Both the position numbers and the translations under genes were made by a program. A stretch of 64,000 bases of DNA from a virus, in the IMG/VR virus record IMGVR_UViG_3300047284_000378; one strand, given 5' to 3'. Shown here piece after piece: positions 49,223-58,541 of this stretch. Numbering within the stretch: the first letter of the stretch is position 1; the number at the start of each line of letters is the position of its first letter. The notes beneath the pieces are model-generated. The model saw only the letters and a list, made by a program, of their open reading frames with translations. It made no database searches and had not been told where the DNA came from.

Positions 49223-50089
49223 ATGGACTTTAAATCATTAATTACCAAAATCAGCGAAATGGATGACAAGATCAAAACCGTCGCTGCTCCAGAGCTGCCT
49301 AAATCTGTGCAATTAAACGAAGATGCACAGCTACGTGTGCTAGCCGGAACTTCATCTATTTTAGAAGAAGCTAAAAAGATGAAGAAGGATGAGAAAAAAG
49401 AAGAAAAGGTCGACGAGGGTCAGGAAGATCTTAAAAAAGTTGGCGACAAAGTCAAGACACAACACGGTACAATGACCAAGACTGCTACCGGTATTAAACA
49501 CGAGCGTTCCTATGGCAAAGACAAGGACGACGATGATGACGACGAGCCGAAAGCTAAAAAGAAAGCTAAGAAAGAGTCTATTGATCCAGAATTGTTTAAA
49601 TCAAAGTTCATGAAGATGGTCGAAGCTAAAAAGGCTGAGAAAGAAGAAAAGAAAAAAGAATCTAAGAAAAAGAAGATGGACGAAGCCGCCAAGCCAGATT
49701 TTCTCGATCTAGACAAAGACGGTGACAAGAAAGAACCAATGAAGTCTGCTTCTAAAGCCGACGACAAGAAAGATGGTAAAAAGGGTATGAGTGCTAAACA
49801 GGCCAAGTACTTTGGTAAGAAAAACGAGTCTGTTAAAACATCTAAGAAAGTTGTTGCAGAATCAGTCGAACAACCGATGTCTTTCAAAGACATGATGAAA
49901 TTAGTTGTCGAAAGCGGCGGTCAACAACAGATCGATCCCCTAGACAAAGAATTGTTTGCCTGGGCCGAGCGTGTAGCTAAGACCAAACTAGGCGAAGGCA
50001 TGAAAGCTGAAGTCTATGCAGGTATGGTATACGAGCGTATGGGCGGCAGATTTGAAATGTATGACGTACTAAGCGAACAACAAAACTAA
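49223..50089 (+). CDS. Highly charged late protein (scaffold/internal-protein-like)
   Basis: K/E/D-rich; LNE-D, LEE-A, VDE-G, MDE-A, VAE-S motifs; DLDKDGD loop. Confidence 0.65.
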   Translation: MDFKSLITKISEMDDKIKTVAAPELPKSVQLNEDAQLRVLAGTSSILEEAKKMKKDEKKEEKVDEGQEDLKKVGDKVKTQHGTMTKTATGIKHERSYGKDKDDDDDDEPKAKKKAKKESIDPELFKSKFMKMVEAKKAEKEEKKKESKKKKMDEAAKPDFLDLDKDGDKKEPMKSASKADDKKDGKKGMSAKQAKYFGKKNESVKTSKKVVAESVEQPMSFKDMMKLVVESGGQQQIDPLDKELFAWAERVAKTKLGEGMKAEVYAGMVYERMGGRFEMYDVLSEQQN

Positions 50090-50106
50090 AATAGTTTTCG
50101 GTAAAC

Positions 50107-50138
50107 AAAAGCCAGTCTACTATTGACTGGCTTTTTTT
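50107..50138 (+). terminator. Intrinsic (bidirectional-type) terminator overlapping a sigma70 promoter
   Basis: AAAAGCCAGTC-TACTATT-GACTGGCTTTTTTT; TTGACT(50123-28)-17nt-TATAAT(50146-51). Confidence 0.85.
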
Positions 50139-50172
50139 ATGACTATATAATAGCTCTATAAGGAGATATTTT

Positions 50173-50439
50173 ATGGCTAAAATGTATGGTCCCGAAGAAA
50201 AGGCTAAACTCGAAAGATTGATTAACGAAGGCGGAAATGTACTTCGTGAAATTGAAGATCTGCAAGAAGGTCTCAAAGAAACTGTCAAAGCGGTCGCAGA
50301 AGAACTACAAGTTAAACCCAGCATTATTAACAAGGCAATTAAAATCGCCCATAAAGACAATTGGAAATCTCATGAAGAAGAATGGGACGAGATTGAGATG
50401 ATTCTCGGCGTAACTAAACACTTGCCAGAGAAGGATTAA
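50173..50439 (+). CDS. T4 DsbA-like dsDNA-binding protein
   Basis: Helical 88 aa with pattern ..KA.AEEL.V....INKAI..AHKDN, as in T4 DsbA. Confidence 0.65.
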   Translation: MAKMYGPEEKAKLERLINEGGNVLREIEDLQEGLKETVKAVAEELQVKPSIINKAIKIAHKDNWKSHEEEWDEIEMILGVTKHLPEKD

Positions 50440-50727
50440 ATGATTAATGACTTATTTCGTCCCACATTAGAATGGATCCGAGATGACTGGAATTCCAATC
50501 CGTTTAGATTTGTGGTTGAAGTTATTGCCTGGGCGATTTCAATCGGCTGTTCAATCACGATGGCTGTTACTGTACCAACACCGCCACTTCTTGTACTTTA
50601 TCCTATTTGGATACTCGGTTGCGCTATGTACGGTTGGGCTGCTTATACTAGGAAATCGTTTGGCATGTTGGCTAACTATGTGTTATTAACTACCATAGAT
50701 ACCATCGGCCTGATACGGATGCTATAA
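50440..50727 (+). CDS. Small multi-pass membrane protein
   Basis: Three hydrophobic segments. Confidence 0.65.
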   Translation: MINDLFRPTLEWIRDDWNSNPFRFVVEVIAWAISIGCSITMAVTVPTPPLLVLYPIWILGCAMYGWAAYTRKSFGMLANYVLLTTIDTIGLIRML

Positions 50728-50774
50728 ATAAAGCTGTGAAGGTAGGCGAGGCCATAATCCGCATGATAGGTATT

Positions 50775-50792
50775 TGCGAGCCGAAAATCGCA
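50775..50792 (+). promoter_or_regulatory. Candidate translational operator hairpin of DNA polymerase
   Basis: TGCGA-GCCGAAAA-TCGCA (5-bp stem, 8-nt loop) immediately 5' of SD GGAG and TTG start. Confidence 0.5.
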
Positions 50793-50805
50793 TACGGAGA
50801 AAAAA

Positions 50806-53475
50806 TTGAGCTACGTTGACGCATTCTACAATCGCGACGAGGACATGATTCATGTCGTTGAACGCGATGGCAAAGGGCAAAGGCATTTCAAAGATTACCC
50901 TGCCAAACACCTGTTTTACTACAGAGATCCTAGAGGTAAATTCCAATCGATCTATGGAGATCCTCTAACTCGTGTAATCTGTAAGAACATCAAAGAACTT
51001 CGTAAAGAGCTAGCGATCCACTCAAATAAAACTCTTTATGAATCCGATATTAACCCCATTTATCGATGTCTCGAAGATCACTACCTTAATCAAGATGCTC
51101 CAAAGCTAAATGTAGCATTTTTCGATATTGAAGTAGACTTTGATCCCGAACGAGGATATGCATCGCCAGACGATGCATTTATGCCAATCACTGCCATCGC
51201 TGTGCATCTGCAATGGATGAACACATTGGTCTGTCTTGCTATTCCTCCGAAAACATTATCCATGGCTGAGGCCAAGAAGGCTGTAGAAGAATTCCCTAAT
51301 ACCATGCTGTTCGATAACGAAGCAGACATGTTAGACACTTTCTTAGATCTTATCCAAGATGCAGACGTGCTTAGTGGTTGGAACTCGGAAGGTTTTGATA
51401 TCCCCTATACTGTCAACCGTGTAACTAAAGTTCTGTCAAAAGAAGATACACGTAGATTCTGTCTTTGGAATCAATTTCCTAAGAAGCGTGAATATGAAAA
51501 GTTTGGAAAAACTGCCGTTACCTACGATCTCATCGGACGAGTACACCTGGACAGTCTCGAACTTTATAGAAAGTATACCTATGAAGAACGCCATACATAT
51601 CGATTAGACGCTATCGGAGAAATGGAAGTCGGTGAAAGTAAGACTGTCTACGAAGGTACACTGGATCAACTTTATAACAACGACTTCCGCAAGTTTATTG
51701 AGTACAATCGTCAAGACTGTGCGCTGTTAGATAAGCTAGATAAGAAACTAAAATTCTTAGATCTAGCCAATACACTAGCCCACGAATGTACAGTTCTACT
51801 ACAGACTACCATGGGTGCTGTAGCTGTTACTGAACAGGCCATTATTAATGAAGCACACAAGCGGGGAATGATCGTTCCTAATCGTCGCAAAATGGAAGAA
51901 CACGGCGATACACAGGCCGCAGGTGCTTATGTTGCGTATCCCAAGAAAGGTATCCATGAATGGATTGGTTCTCTCGATATTAATTCTCTTTATCCTTCTG
52001 CTATTCGTGCCCTAAATATGGGGCCGGAAACTATCGTAGGACAACTGCGTCAAGATGGTACCAAGGATTATATTGCCGCCGAAATGGGCAAAGGCAAGAG
52101 CTTTGCAGCGGCATGGGAAGGTATGTTTGGTAGTATTGAATATACGTCTGTGATGTCAAAAGAAGTGGGTAGAGAAATTACCATAGACTGGGAAGATGGT
52201 AATAATGATACCTTAAGTGCAGCACAGATTTATGATTTAATCTTTGACAGCAATCAACCTTGGATGTTATCAGCTAACGGTACGATCTTTACCTACGAAA
52301 AAGAAGGTATCATTCCCGGCCTACTAAAACGTTGGTATGCTGAACGCAAGGACATGCAGAAAAAGCTCAAAGAATCAATTACGGCAGGAAATAAAATCGA
52401 AGAAGAATATTGGGATAAGCGACAGTTAGTTAAAAAGATTAATCTCAACTCACTGTACGGTGCTATTCTTAATCCCGGTTGCCGTTTCTTTGATAATAGA
52501 ATCGGACAGTCGACTACACTTACTGGTCGTGCTATTGCTCGTCACATGGCCAGTAAAGTAAATGAAATCATTACCGGTGAGTACAATCATATAGGCAAGG
52601 CCATTATCTACGGTGATACAGACAGTTGTTATTTCAGCGCCTATAATACTCTAAAGAAAGACATTGATAAAGGTCTTATTCCGTGGAGTAAAGACAATAT
52701 CATCGAACTATATGATACCATCGGAGAAGAAGTTAATTCAACATTTCCTAAATTCATGCAAGATGCTTTCCACGTTCCTAAAACACGCGGCGAAGTTATC
52801 AAGGCCGGTCGTGAAATTGTCGCATCAAAAGGTTTATTCATTACCAAGAAACGATATGCTGTTCTATACTTTGACAAAGAAGGTAAACGACAGGATCTTG
52901 ATGGTAAAACCGGAAAGATCAAGGCCATGGGCCTGGACCTTAAGCGATCAGATACTCCTGTAGTCATTCAAGACTTCTTGTCTGATGTGCTTACTCGAGT
53001 GTTGAATGGTGAAGATCGCGAAGATGTGCTAAACTATATCACAGACTTCCGAACAGACTTCAAGACTAGACCGGGTTGGGAGAAAGGATCTCCCAAACGT
53101 GCCAATAATATTACAGAATACGCTAATAAAGAAAAGAAAGCAGGCAAAGCCAACATGCCAGGACATGTACGTGCTAGCCTTAACTGGAATACCTTGAAGC
53201 GTATGATGGACGACAAATACTCGATGAACATCGTCGATGGCGCTAAAGTCATTGTCTGCAAGGTCAAAGACAATCCAATGGGCTATACATCCGTTGCTTA
53301 TCCTGTTGATGAGCTTCGACTCCCTCAATGGTTCAAGGATCTGCCGTTTGATCATGCAGAGATGGAAACTACCATCATCGATGAAAAACTAGAAAACCTA
53401 ATAGGTGTACTAGAATGGGACATAGGTTCTACTAGGTCCGATAATAACTTTAGCAAATTGTTTGATTTTGAGTGA
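50806..53475 (+). CDS. Family B DNA polymerase (T4 gp43-like) with 3'-5' exonuclease
   Basis: FDIEVD, WNSEGFD, YNRQD, DINSLYPS, KINLNSLYG, YGDTDS. Confidence 0.97.
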   Translation: MSYVDAFYNRDEDMIHVVERDGKGQRHFKDYPAKHLFYYRDPRGKFQSIYGDPLTRVICKNIKELRKELAIHSNKTLYESDINPIYRCLEDHYLNQDAPKLNVAFFDIEVDFDPERGYASPDDAFMPITAIAVHLQWMNTLVCLAIPPKTLSMAEAKKAVEEFPNTMLFDNEADMLDTFLDLIQDADVLSGWNSEGFDIPYTVNRVTKVLSKEDTRRFCLWNQFPKKREYEKFGKTAVTYDLIGRVHLDSLELYRKYTYEERHTYRLDAIGEMEVGESKTVYEGTLDQLYNNDFRKFIEYNRQDCALLDKLDKKLKFLDLANTLAHECTVLLQTTMGAVAVTEQAIINEAHKRGMIVPNRRKMEEHGDTQAAGAYVAYPKKGIHEWIGSLDINSLYPSAIRALNMGPETIVGQLRQDGTKDYIAAEMGKGKSFAAAWEGMFGSIEYTSVMSKEVGREITIDWEDGNNDTLSAAQIYDLIFDSNQPWMLSANGTIFTYEKEGIIPGLLKRWYAERKDMQKKLKESITAGNKIEEEYWDKRQLVKKINLNSLYGAILNPGCRFFDNRIGQSTTLTGRAIARHMASKVNEIITGEYNHIGKAIIYGDTDSCYFSAYNTLKKDIDKGLIPWSKDNIIELYDTIGEEVNSTFPKFMQDAFHVPKTRGEVIKAGREIVASKGLFITKKRYAVLYFDKEGKRQDLDGKTGKIKAMGLDLKRSDTPVVIQDFLSDVLTRVLNGEDREDVLNYITDFRTDFKTRPGWEKGSPKRANNITEYANKEKKAGKANMPGHVRASLNWNTLKRMMDDKYSMNIVDGAKVIVCKVKDNPMGYTSVAYPVDELRLPQWFKDLPFDHAEMETTIIDEKLENLIGVLEWDIGSTRSDNNFSKLFDFE

Positions 53476-53483
53476 TTTCGAGG

Positions 53484-53512
53484 TTGATTTTTACTCACGA
53501 TCTAAATATAAT
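53484..53512 (+). promoter_or_regulatory. Dual sigma70/late promoter for the clamp-dpd operon
   Basis: TTGATT(53484-89)-17nt-TATAAT(53507-12) with overlapping TAAATA (53503-08). Confidence 0.65.
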
Positions 53513-53537
53513 CTTAATATACATGGAGACTCTCTAA

Positions 53538-54275
53538 ATGAAAGACATTTTACAAGACATCGTAAGCCACACACAAAATCTAGGCTTCTTAACCACAGTC
53601 AAAGTCACAGGTTCAGAAGATAAGACACAGATCTTTTCAATGGCTGACGATCGATCAGTTATTATGGAGGCAGAAACTGCTAATCCATATCCCGACATGA
53701 TCGGTACATTTGGTATGCCGCAACTACAGAAATTAAAATATCTAGTAGACGGTGCTGAATACAAAGAAGAAGCTAAGATCAATATCACGTTTGCTGAGCG
53801 CAACGGCGAAACTATACCGGTCGGCATCCACTTTGAAAACAAAGATGGTGACTTCAAAAACGACTATCGTTTTATGAATCAGGAAATCATCAACGAAAAG
53901 ATGAAGACTGTGAAATTCCGCGGTGTTAAATGGGATGTTGAAATCGAACCCACTGTTGCCGCAGTACAGCGTTTTAACTTCCAAGCAGGTGCGCATAACG
54001 AACATCCAACATTCTTAGCCAAAACCGAAGGCGGTAATCTAAAGTTTATCTTTGGTGATGCATCGACTCATGCAGGAGAGTTCATCTTCGCTCAGAGTGT
54101 AGCAGGTAAACTTGACAGAGGCTGGACATGGCCTGTTCTACCAATCTTAAGTATTCTCAAGGTTGCGGATGTTAATAACACCAAGATGTCGTTGAGCAAC
54201 GAAGGTGCTATCCAGATCACTCTAGACAGCGGACTTGCAGTTTACAAATACATCATTCCAGCACAGGCGGCCTAA
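53538..54275 (+). CDS. Sliding clamp (T4 gp45-like)
   Basis: 245 aa two-domain alpha/beta pattern, right after PolB; clamp loader elsewhere in window. Confidence 0.7.
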   Translation: MKDILQDIVSHTQNLGFLTTVKVTGSEDKTQIFSMADDRSVIMEAETANPYPDMIGTFGMPQLQKLKYLVDGAEYKEEAKINITFAERNGETIPVGIHFENKDGDFKNDYRFMNQEIINEKMKTVKFRGVKWDVEIEPTVAAVQRFNFQAGAHNEHPTFLAKTEGGNLKFIFGDASTHAGEFIFAQSVAGKLDRGWTWPVLPILSILKVADVNNTKMSLSNEGAIQITLDSGLAVYKYIIPAQAA

Positions 54276-54673
54276 TGATCAAAGGCATCACACAATCCGG
54301 TCGTTATATGACAATATCTAATGGTAATGCCAGCACCTATGTAAATTCTTATTCAGGACAACAAGGTGTTGGTAATATGCGATTTAATACTTCTACTCAG
54401 AACATGGAAGTATTCGACGGTAACAACTGGGTCATGCTCAATATGAGCCATGCCACGGTAGGTTTAACACCGGATGCAGAATCTTTACTCGATTGGGCAC
54501 GTAAGAAGCGTGATGAAGAATTGGCTTGGGAATCATTGGCAAAAGATAATCAAGCTGTTAAAATAGCATTAGACAATTTAGAAAAAGCAAAACAACAAAT
54601 TAAAATAACTGCTACACTAGCCAGAGATACTTCAGACTTCGGCGAAATGGCAGAAGTACAGGCGAGCCCATAA
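54275..54673 (+). CDS. Hypothetical protein
   Basis: ORF track. Confidence 0.7.
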   Translation: MIKGITQSGRYMTISNGNASTYVNSYSGQQGVGNMRFNTSTQNMEVFDGNNWVMLNMSHATVGLTPDAESLLDWARKKRDEELAWESLAKDNQAVKIALDNLEKAKQQIKITATLARDTSDFGEMAEVQASP

Positions 54674-54675
54674 AA

Positions 54676-56220
54676 ATGACAAATAGACCACCAGTTAACT
54701 TAACACCATTACAGAAAGATTACGCAGTATATCTTCCGGCTATCAGCTGTTTTTTCAGCACATATATCAGTAAACAACGATTCGACGAATTTGTTCCACA
54801 GGATAGGATTCCGCAGGGCTTTGATCGCGGTATTGAGGGAATGAATTTTCTTAATCCCGAACAAGGATATTTCACTTACAAATACGGACTATACTCTGCA
54901 GGTCATGCCCAACTGGATCTAGAAAAAACTATGATCCAAGATGCTATGATCCAAGATAGAGATCGTGCTAATACTGTAATCGTTGGCGACTCAGGTGGTT
55001 ATCAGATCGGTAAAGGTGTTCTTAAATTTGATTGGCACAACTTCGAAGGCCCCGCTGCTAACAAGGTCAGAGATAATATTTTAAATTGGTTAGAGTTGAC
55101 CGCAGATTGGTCGATGTTGCTAGACGTTCCTACTTGGGCCAGCGATCATATTCATAGTCCTAAAACTGGACTAAAGAGCTTTCAAGACTGCTTAGATAAA
55201 ACTCTACACAATAATGATTACTTTATTCGTAATCGCTTAGGACAGACTAAATTCTTAAACGTGCTACAAGGCAGTGACTGGGAAACCGCACAGGCATGGT
55301 ACGAAGCAGTGAAACATCTTCCAACAGAAGGTTGGGCCATGGGTGGTAAGAACATGTGTGACATGGAAGTCGCACTAAAAAGGCTTATCATCTTGCGTGA
55401 TGAAAAACTTTTAGATAATAGAAACTGGATGCACTTCTTGGGCACAGCACAATTAGACTGGGCCTGCTATCTAACTCTAATCCAAAGACAAATTAGGAAG
55501 CATGTAAATGAAAACTTTACCATTTCTTTTGACTGCGCATCACCCTTCATTGCTACAGCACACGGTCTCGTCTATACCAACGCACAGCACACCAACAAGC
55601 GTTGGTCAGTCATCATGGACAAGGCCCCAGACAACAAAGCCCTTAGCCAGGCTTTTAATGTCCCCTTTCCATTCGAATCAGAAATTGGTCGAAGACTGTC
55701 CATCGGAGATATCTGCTGGTACAAGCCAGGAATGTTGAACAAGATTGGCAAGGAAGGCAAAACTAGTTGGGATAGTTTCGGTTATGCTCTAATGATGGCG
55801 CATAATACATATTGTCATATCGTCGCTGTTCAACGTGCCAATCATCTAATGGATATTGAGTCTGCTAAGATCAGTCCAAGCTGGCGTCAGTGGAAAAATC
55901 TCAAAGACATGGATAAGAGCGATGAGTACAGCGAATGGGTTCCTCGCAACATCTTATACTTTAATAACTTTGTGGAAGAGTTATTCAAGAGCGAAACTCC
56001 AATGCAGATGATCGAAGATGCTAAACCTATGTTAAACAAAATGATGGGCATGCGTCTGCGTGGTGGCAATGCTAATAACACCTTTAACAAGCATTTTGAA
56101 TCAGAAGAAATCGTTTTAGATAAGTCAGTGTCTCAAGTATCTGCCATGCCAGTATTGGATGAAGATAAGTTAGATGAACTCGAACATGAATTTTTGGAAC
56201 AGGAGGCCCAAAATGTATGA
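54676..56220 (+). CDS. dpdA: TGT-fold guanine transglycosylase, DpdA-like (DNA 7-deazaguanine insertion)
   Basis: GDSGGYQIG, LDVP, VLQG, GWAMGG, MHFLG, SFDCASP; no TGT Zn site; in replication operon with folE. Confidence 0.8.
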   Translation: MTNRPPVNLTPLQKDYAVYLPAISCFFSTYISKQRFDEFVPQDRIPQGFDRGIEGMNFLNPEQGYFTYKYGLYSAGHAQLDLEKTMIQDAMIQDRDRANTVIVGDSGGYQIGKGVLKFDWHNFEGPAANKVRDNILNWLELTADWSMLLDVPTWASDHIHSPKTGLKSFQDCLDKTLHNNDYFIRNRLGQTKFLNVLQGSDWETAQAWYEAVKHLPTEGWAMGGKNMCDMEVALKRLIILRDEKLLDNRNWMHFLGTAQLDWACYLTLIQRQIRKHVNENFTISFDCASPFIATAHGLVYTNAQHTNKRWSVIMDKAPDNKALSQAFNVPFPFESEIGRRLSIGDICWYKPGMLNKIGKEGKTSWDSFGYALMMAHNTYCHIVAVQRANHLMDIESAKISPSWRQWKNLKDMDKSDEYSEWVPRNILYFNNFVEELFKSETPMQMIEDAKPMLNKMMGMRLRGGNANNTFNKHFESEEIVLDKSVSQVSAMPVLDEDKLDELEHEFLEQEAQNV

Positions 56221-56422
56221 GAATAGAATTAAACATCTGCAAGAATCTCATAGACTACTCGATAAACAAATCGAAACATTGTTACAAAATGGATTGTATG
56301 AAGACCTCAAACTTGAGGAATTGAAGAAACAGAGGTTGCTTTTTAAGGACGAAATTGCTAGACTTACTAGACTGCAATGGGAACACGATCACGAAACTGT
56401 AGACTATGACGACGAAAGATAA
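56213..56422 (+). CDS. YdcH/DUF465-like coiled-coil protein
   Basis: H..LD.QI..L....LKKQRL..KDEI pattern. Confidence 0.6.
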   Translation: MYENRIKHLQESHRLLDKQIETLLQNGLYEDLKLEELKKQRLLFKDEIARLTRLQWEHDHETVDYDDER

Positions 56423-56615
56423 TATGTTTTTGAATAGGCAAGACATAGAAAAAATACAAGGCATCTTAGATCAATTCCCAGATGTCGAACACTTCGAAAT
56501 AAAACAAGACACGTCTAGCGGAATTGGTTCGATCACAACTATGACGTTTGGTCACAAGACCAACGGAGTAAACGGATCTTTTATAGTTGAAGTCACAGGC
56601 ATAGAAAGTTGGTAA
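56406..56615 (+). CDS. Hypothetical protein
   Basis: ORF track. Confidence 0.6.
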   Translation: MTTKDNMFLNRQDIEKIQGILDQFPDVEHFEIKQDTSSGIGSITTMTFGHKTNGVNGSFIVEVTGIESW

Positions 56616-56617
56616 TC

Positions 56618-57025
56618 ATGTACACAGAACAACAATACGACGAATTTCAAAACCGCATTCACGAACGTTTTCCAAAAATGTTCGAAGGCAAATACGGCGG
56701 CTTTGCCTGCGGTCCCGGGTGGTGGCCTATGTTAGAAACTCTTTGCGGAGTTATTCAAAGTCACATCGATCAAAGCAAAGACAAATGTCCTCAAGTAGTT
56801 ATAGAACAAATCAAAGAAAAGTTCGGTAGTCTACGTTTTTACTATCAGGGCGGTGACGAATTCGTAGGTGGTGCAGTTTGGCTTGCTGAAAGTCTAAGTT
56901 CTGGTATGTGTGAAGAGTGTGGTGCGCCCGGTCATCGAACTTCGGGCGGTTGGATTAAAACTCTCTGCGATTTTCATATCGCCGAACATGAAGCACTAAA
57001 AAGCAATCAAACTGAAAAAGTCTAA
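56618..57025 (+). CDS. Hypothetical phage protein with C-terminal CxxC...C-xx-H
   Basis: QIKEKFGSLRFY, CEECG, TLCDFH. Confidence 0.7.
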   Translation: MYTEQQYDEFQNRIHERFPKMFEGKYGGFACGPGWWPMLETLCGVIQSHIDQSKDKCPQVVIEQIKEKFGSLRFYYQGGDEFVGGAVWLAESLSSGMCEECGAPGHRTSGGWIKTLCDFHIAEHEALKSNQTEKV

Positions 57026-57028
57026 TCA

Positions 57029-57586
57029 ATGAAAAGAAATTATGCATCTGGTGTTTCTGAATCTATTACCTTCTTCACAGGTATAGAGATTGAGCAAACT
57101 CCTGCTTACGGAATGAAAACTCTATTTGTAGTAGGAGTCCATGATCCGTATACGATCTTAGATATCGTAAGAGAATCTAGGTCTTATATCGATCAATCTA
57201 AGCACATTACACATATCTACTTTGGTGCTAATCAAAGTTTTAAAACTAATGGGGTAAATGATGTTGAGACTTGGCGTCCTTGGGAAAATATGATCTATGT
57301 TTGCCTGGACAGCGAATACGATCTCTGGTGTACCTTAGACTTTGATGTTCGCGAAACGGAAGGATTGCTAGAGAGCGGTCTTACCGAAAAGCGTAGATTT
57401 ATTCCGCAGATTAGTGTAAAATTACCTTATATTAATCAACTTGGATATAATGCTACACTTAAGATCGACGACAAGGATTTTGCAGCAACTAATCCTGGGG
57501 TTTGGTGCCATAACCTACAGGACCTCATTGGTAGAGATCGTTTTACCGACTGGGATCAATATGGCAAGGATGAGATAATCAAATGA
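57029..57586 (+). CDS. Conserved-looking hypothetical enzyme within the dpd operon
   Basis: FTGIEIE.TPAYGMKTLFV, HIYFGANQSF, LKIDD.DF.ATNPGVWCH. Confidence 0.7.
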   Translation: MKRNYASGVSESITFFTGIEIEQTPAYGMKTLFVVGVHDPYTILDIVRESRSYIDQSKHITHIYFGANQSFKTNGVNDVETWRPWENMIYVCLDSEYDLWCTLDFDVRETEGLLESGLTEKRRFIPQISVKLPYINQLGYNATLKIDDKDFAATNPGVWCHNLQDLIGRDRFTDWDQYGKDEIIK

Positions 57587-57936
57587 GTGGTTATGGATTA
57601 ACATCGGCAGGCGGTCAAGCCAAAGTATCTGCTATTAGGCCCGCTCGCAAAATTAGGAAACAAAAAGTGAAACTTACATTCAAACAACGTATTCGTAATT
57701 GGTTAAACAATGACGATTACGAACAAGATGTCCCTCAGCTTGTAGAAACAGACAGACTTTCTAGCGAAGGCATGCGTATGCAGATCTATCGAGCAAGCGG
57801 AGGTTATGTTGTAGAAACTCGTAGCTATGATCGTCGAAAGGACGAAAATATGAATAGTATACATGTTATCACCGAAGATCAAGATCTGGGCGATGCGCTA
57901 GGCAAGATCGTCATGATGGAGGCACTAAAAAGATGA
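57583..57936 (+). CDS. Hypothetical protein
   Basis: ORF track. Confidence 0.7.
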   Translation: MSGYGLTSAGGQAKVSAIRPARKIRKQKVKLTFKQRIRNWLNNDDYEQDVPQLVETDRLSSEGMRMQIYRASGGYVVETRSYDRRKDENMNSIHVITEDQDLGDALGKIVMMEALKR

Positions 57937-58136
57937 AAGAATTTACAGTCAAAGAAAATGCAGGTTTTAGACTTCGTGTAAAAAGTTGGAAGTGTCTTAG
58001 CCCTTCTGATCTAAACAGTATTGAATTCATCAACGAAAGCATCGATGACAAAGGAGAAATTACACAAAGTTCTGTGTATAGTTTCTTCATGGACGATAAT
58101 GAAGTTCGGTCTTTGTGTGAAGGAATGTTAAAGTGA
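57933..58136 (+). CDS. Hypothetical protein
   Basis: ORF track. Confidence 0.6.
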   Translation: MKEFTVKENAGFRLRVKSWKCLSPSDLNSIEFINESIDDKGEITQSSVYSFFMDDNEVRSLCEGMLK

Positions 58137-58528
58137 TTGTTCGACAAGATGTTCGTCCAAACAAAATGATTTGGGTTACCTTTCGTAAAGAAGGTATTCA
58201 CAAATATCCCGCAGCCGCAACAGATCCTAATCTAGCAACAGGAGATGAGTATGATGTATCGTTTTTGGCTAATCCCCATCGCCATATTTTTCATTTTAGG
58301 GTATGGCTTAGTGTCACCCACAATGACCGAGATGTGGAATTTATACAATTCAAACGATGGTTGGAAAAATTGTATTCTAGCAACGAAGGTGTATTGTCGC
58401 TAGACTATAAGAGTTGTGAGATGATGAGCGATGACTTATATGCTCAGATTCACACAAAGTATCCAGATCGTGAAATCTGGATTGAGGTCTCCGAAGACGG
58501 AGAAAATGGTAGTTTCATCAAGTACTAA
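58133..58528 (+). CDS. dpdL: QueD-like T-fold protein with DpdL signature (predicted CDG decarboxylase)
   Basis: FLANPHRHIF matches LxxxHRHxF; SCEM and VSEDGENG T-fold motifs. Confidence 0.7.
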   Translation: MIVRQDVRPNKMIWVTFRKEGIHKYPAAATDPNLATGDEYDVSFLANPHRHIFHFRVWLSVTHNDRDVEFIQFKRWLEKLYSSNEGVLSLDYKSCEMMSDDLYAQIHTKYPDREIWIEVSEDGENGSFIKY

Positions 58529-58541
58529 AAGGAAAGCTATA

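Noticed and set aside
50806-53475. Intein or intron in PolB
   Set aside because: All motifs are present in order in 889 aa, with no large insertion or intein terminal signature.
54676-56220. Ordinary tRNA-guanine transglycosylase (tgt)
   Set aside because: It lacks the C-x-C-x2-C Zn site, is much longer and more divergent than Tgt, and sits in the replication operon with a DpdL-motif gene. A DNA target is favoured but not proven.
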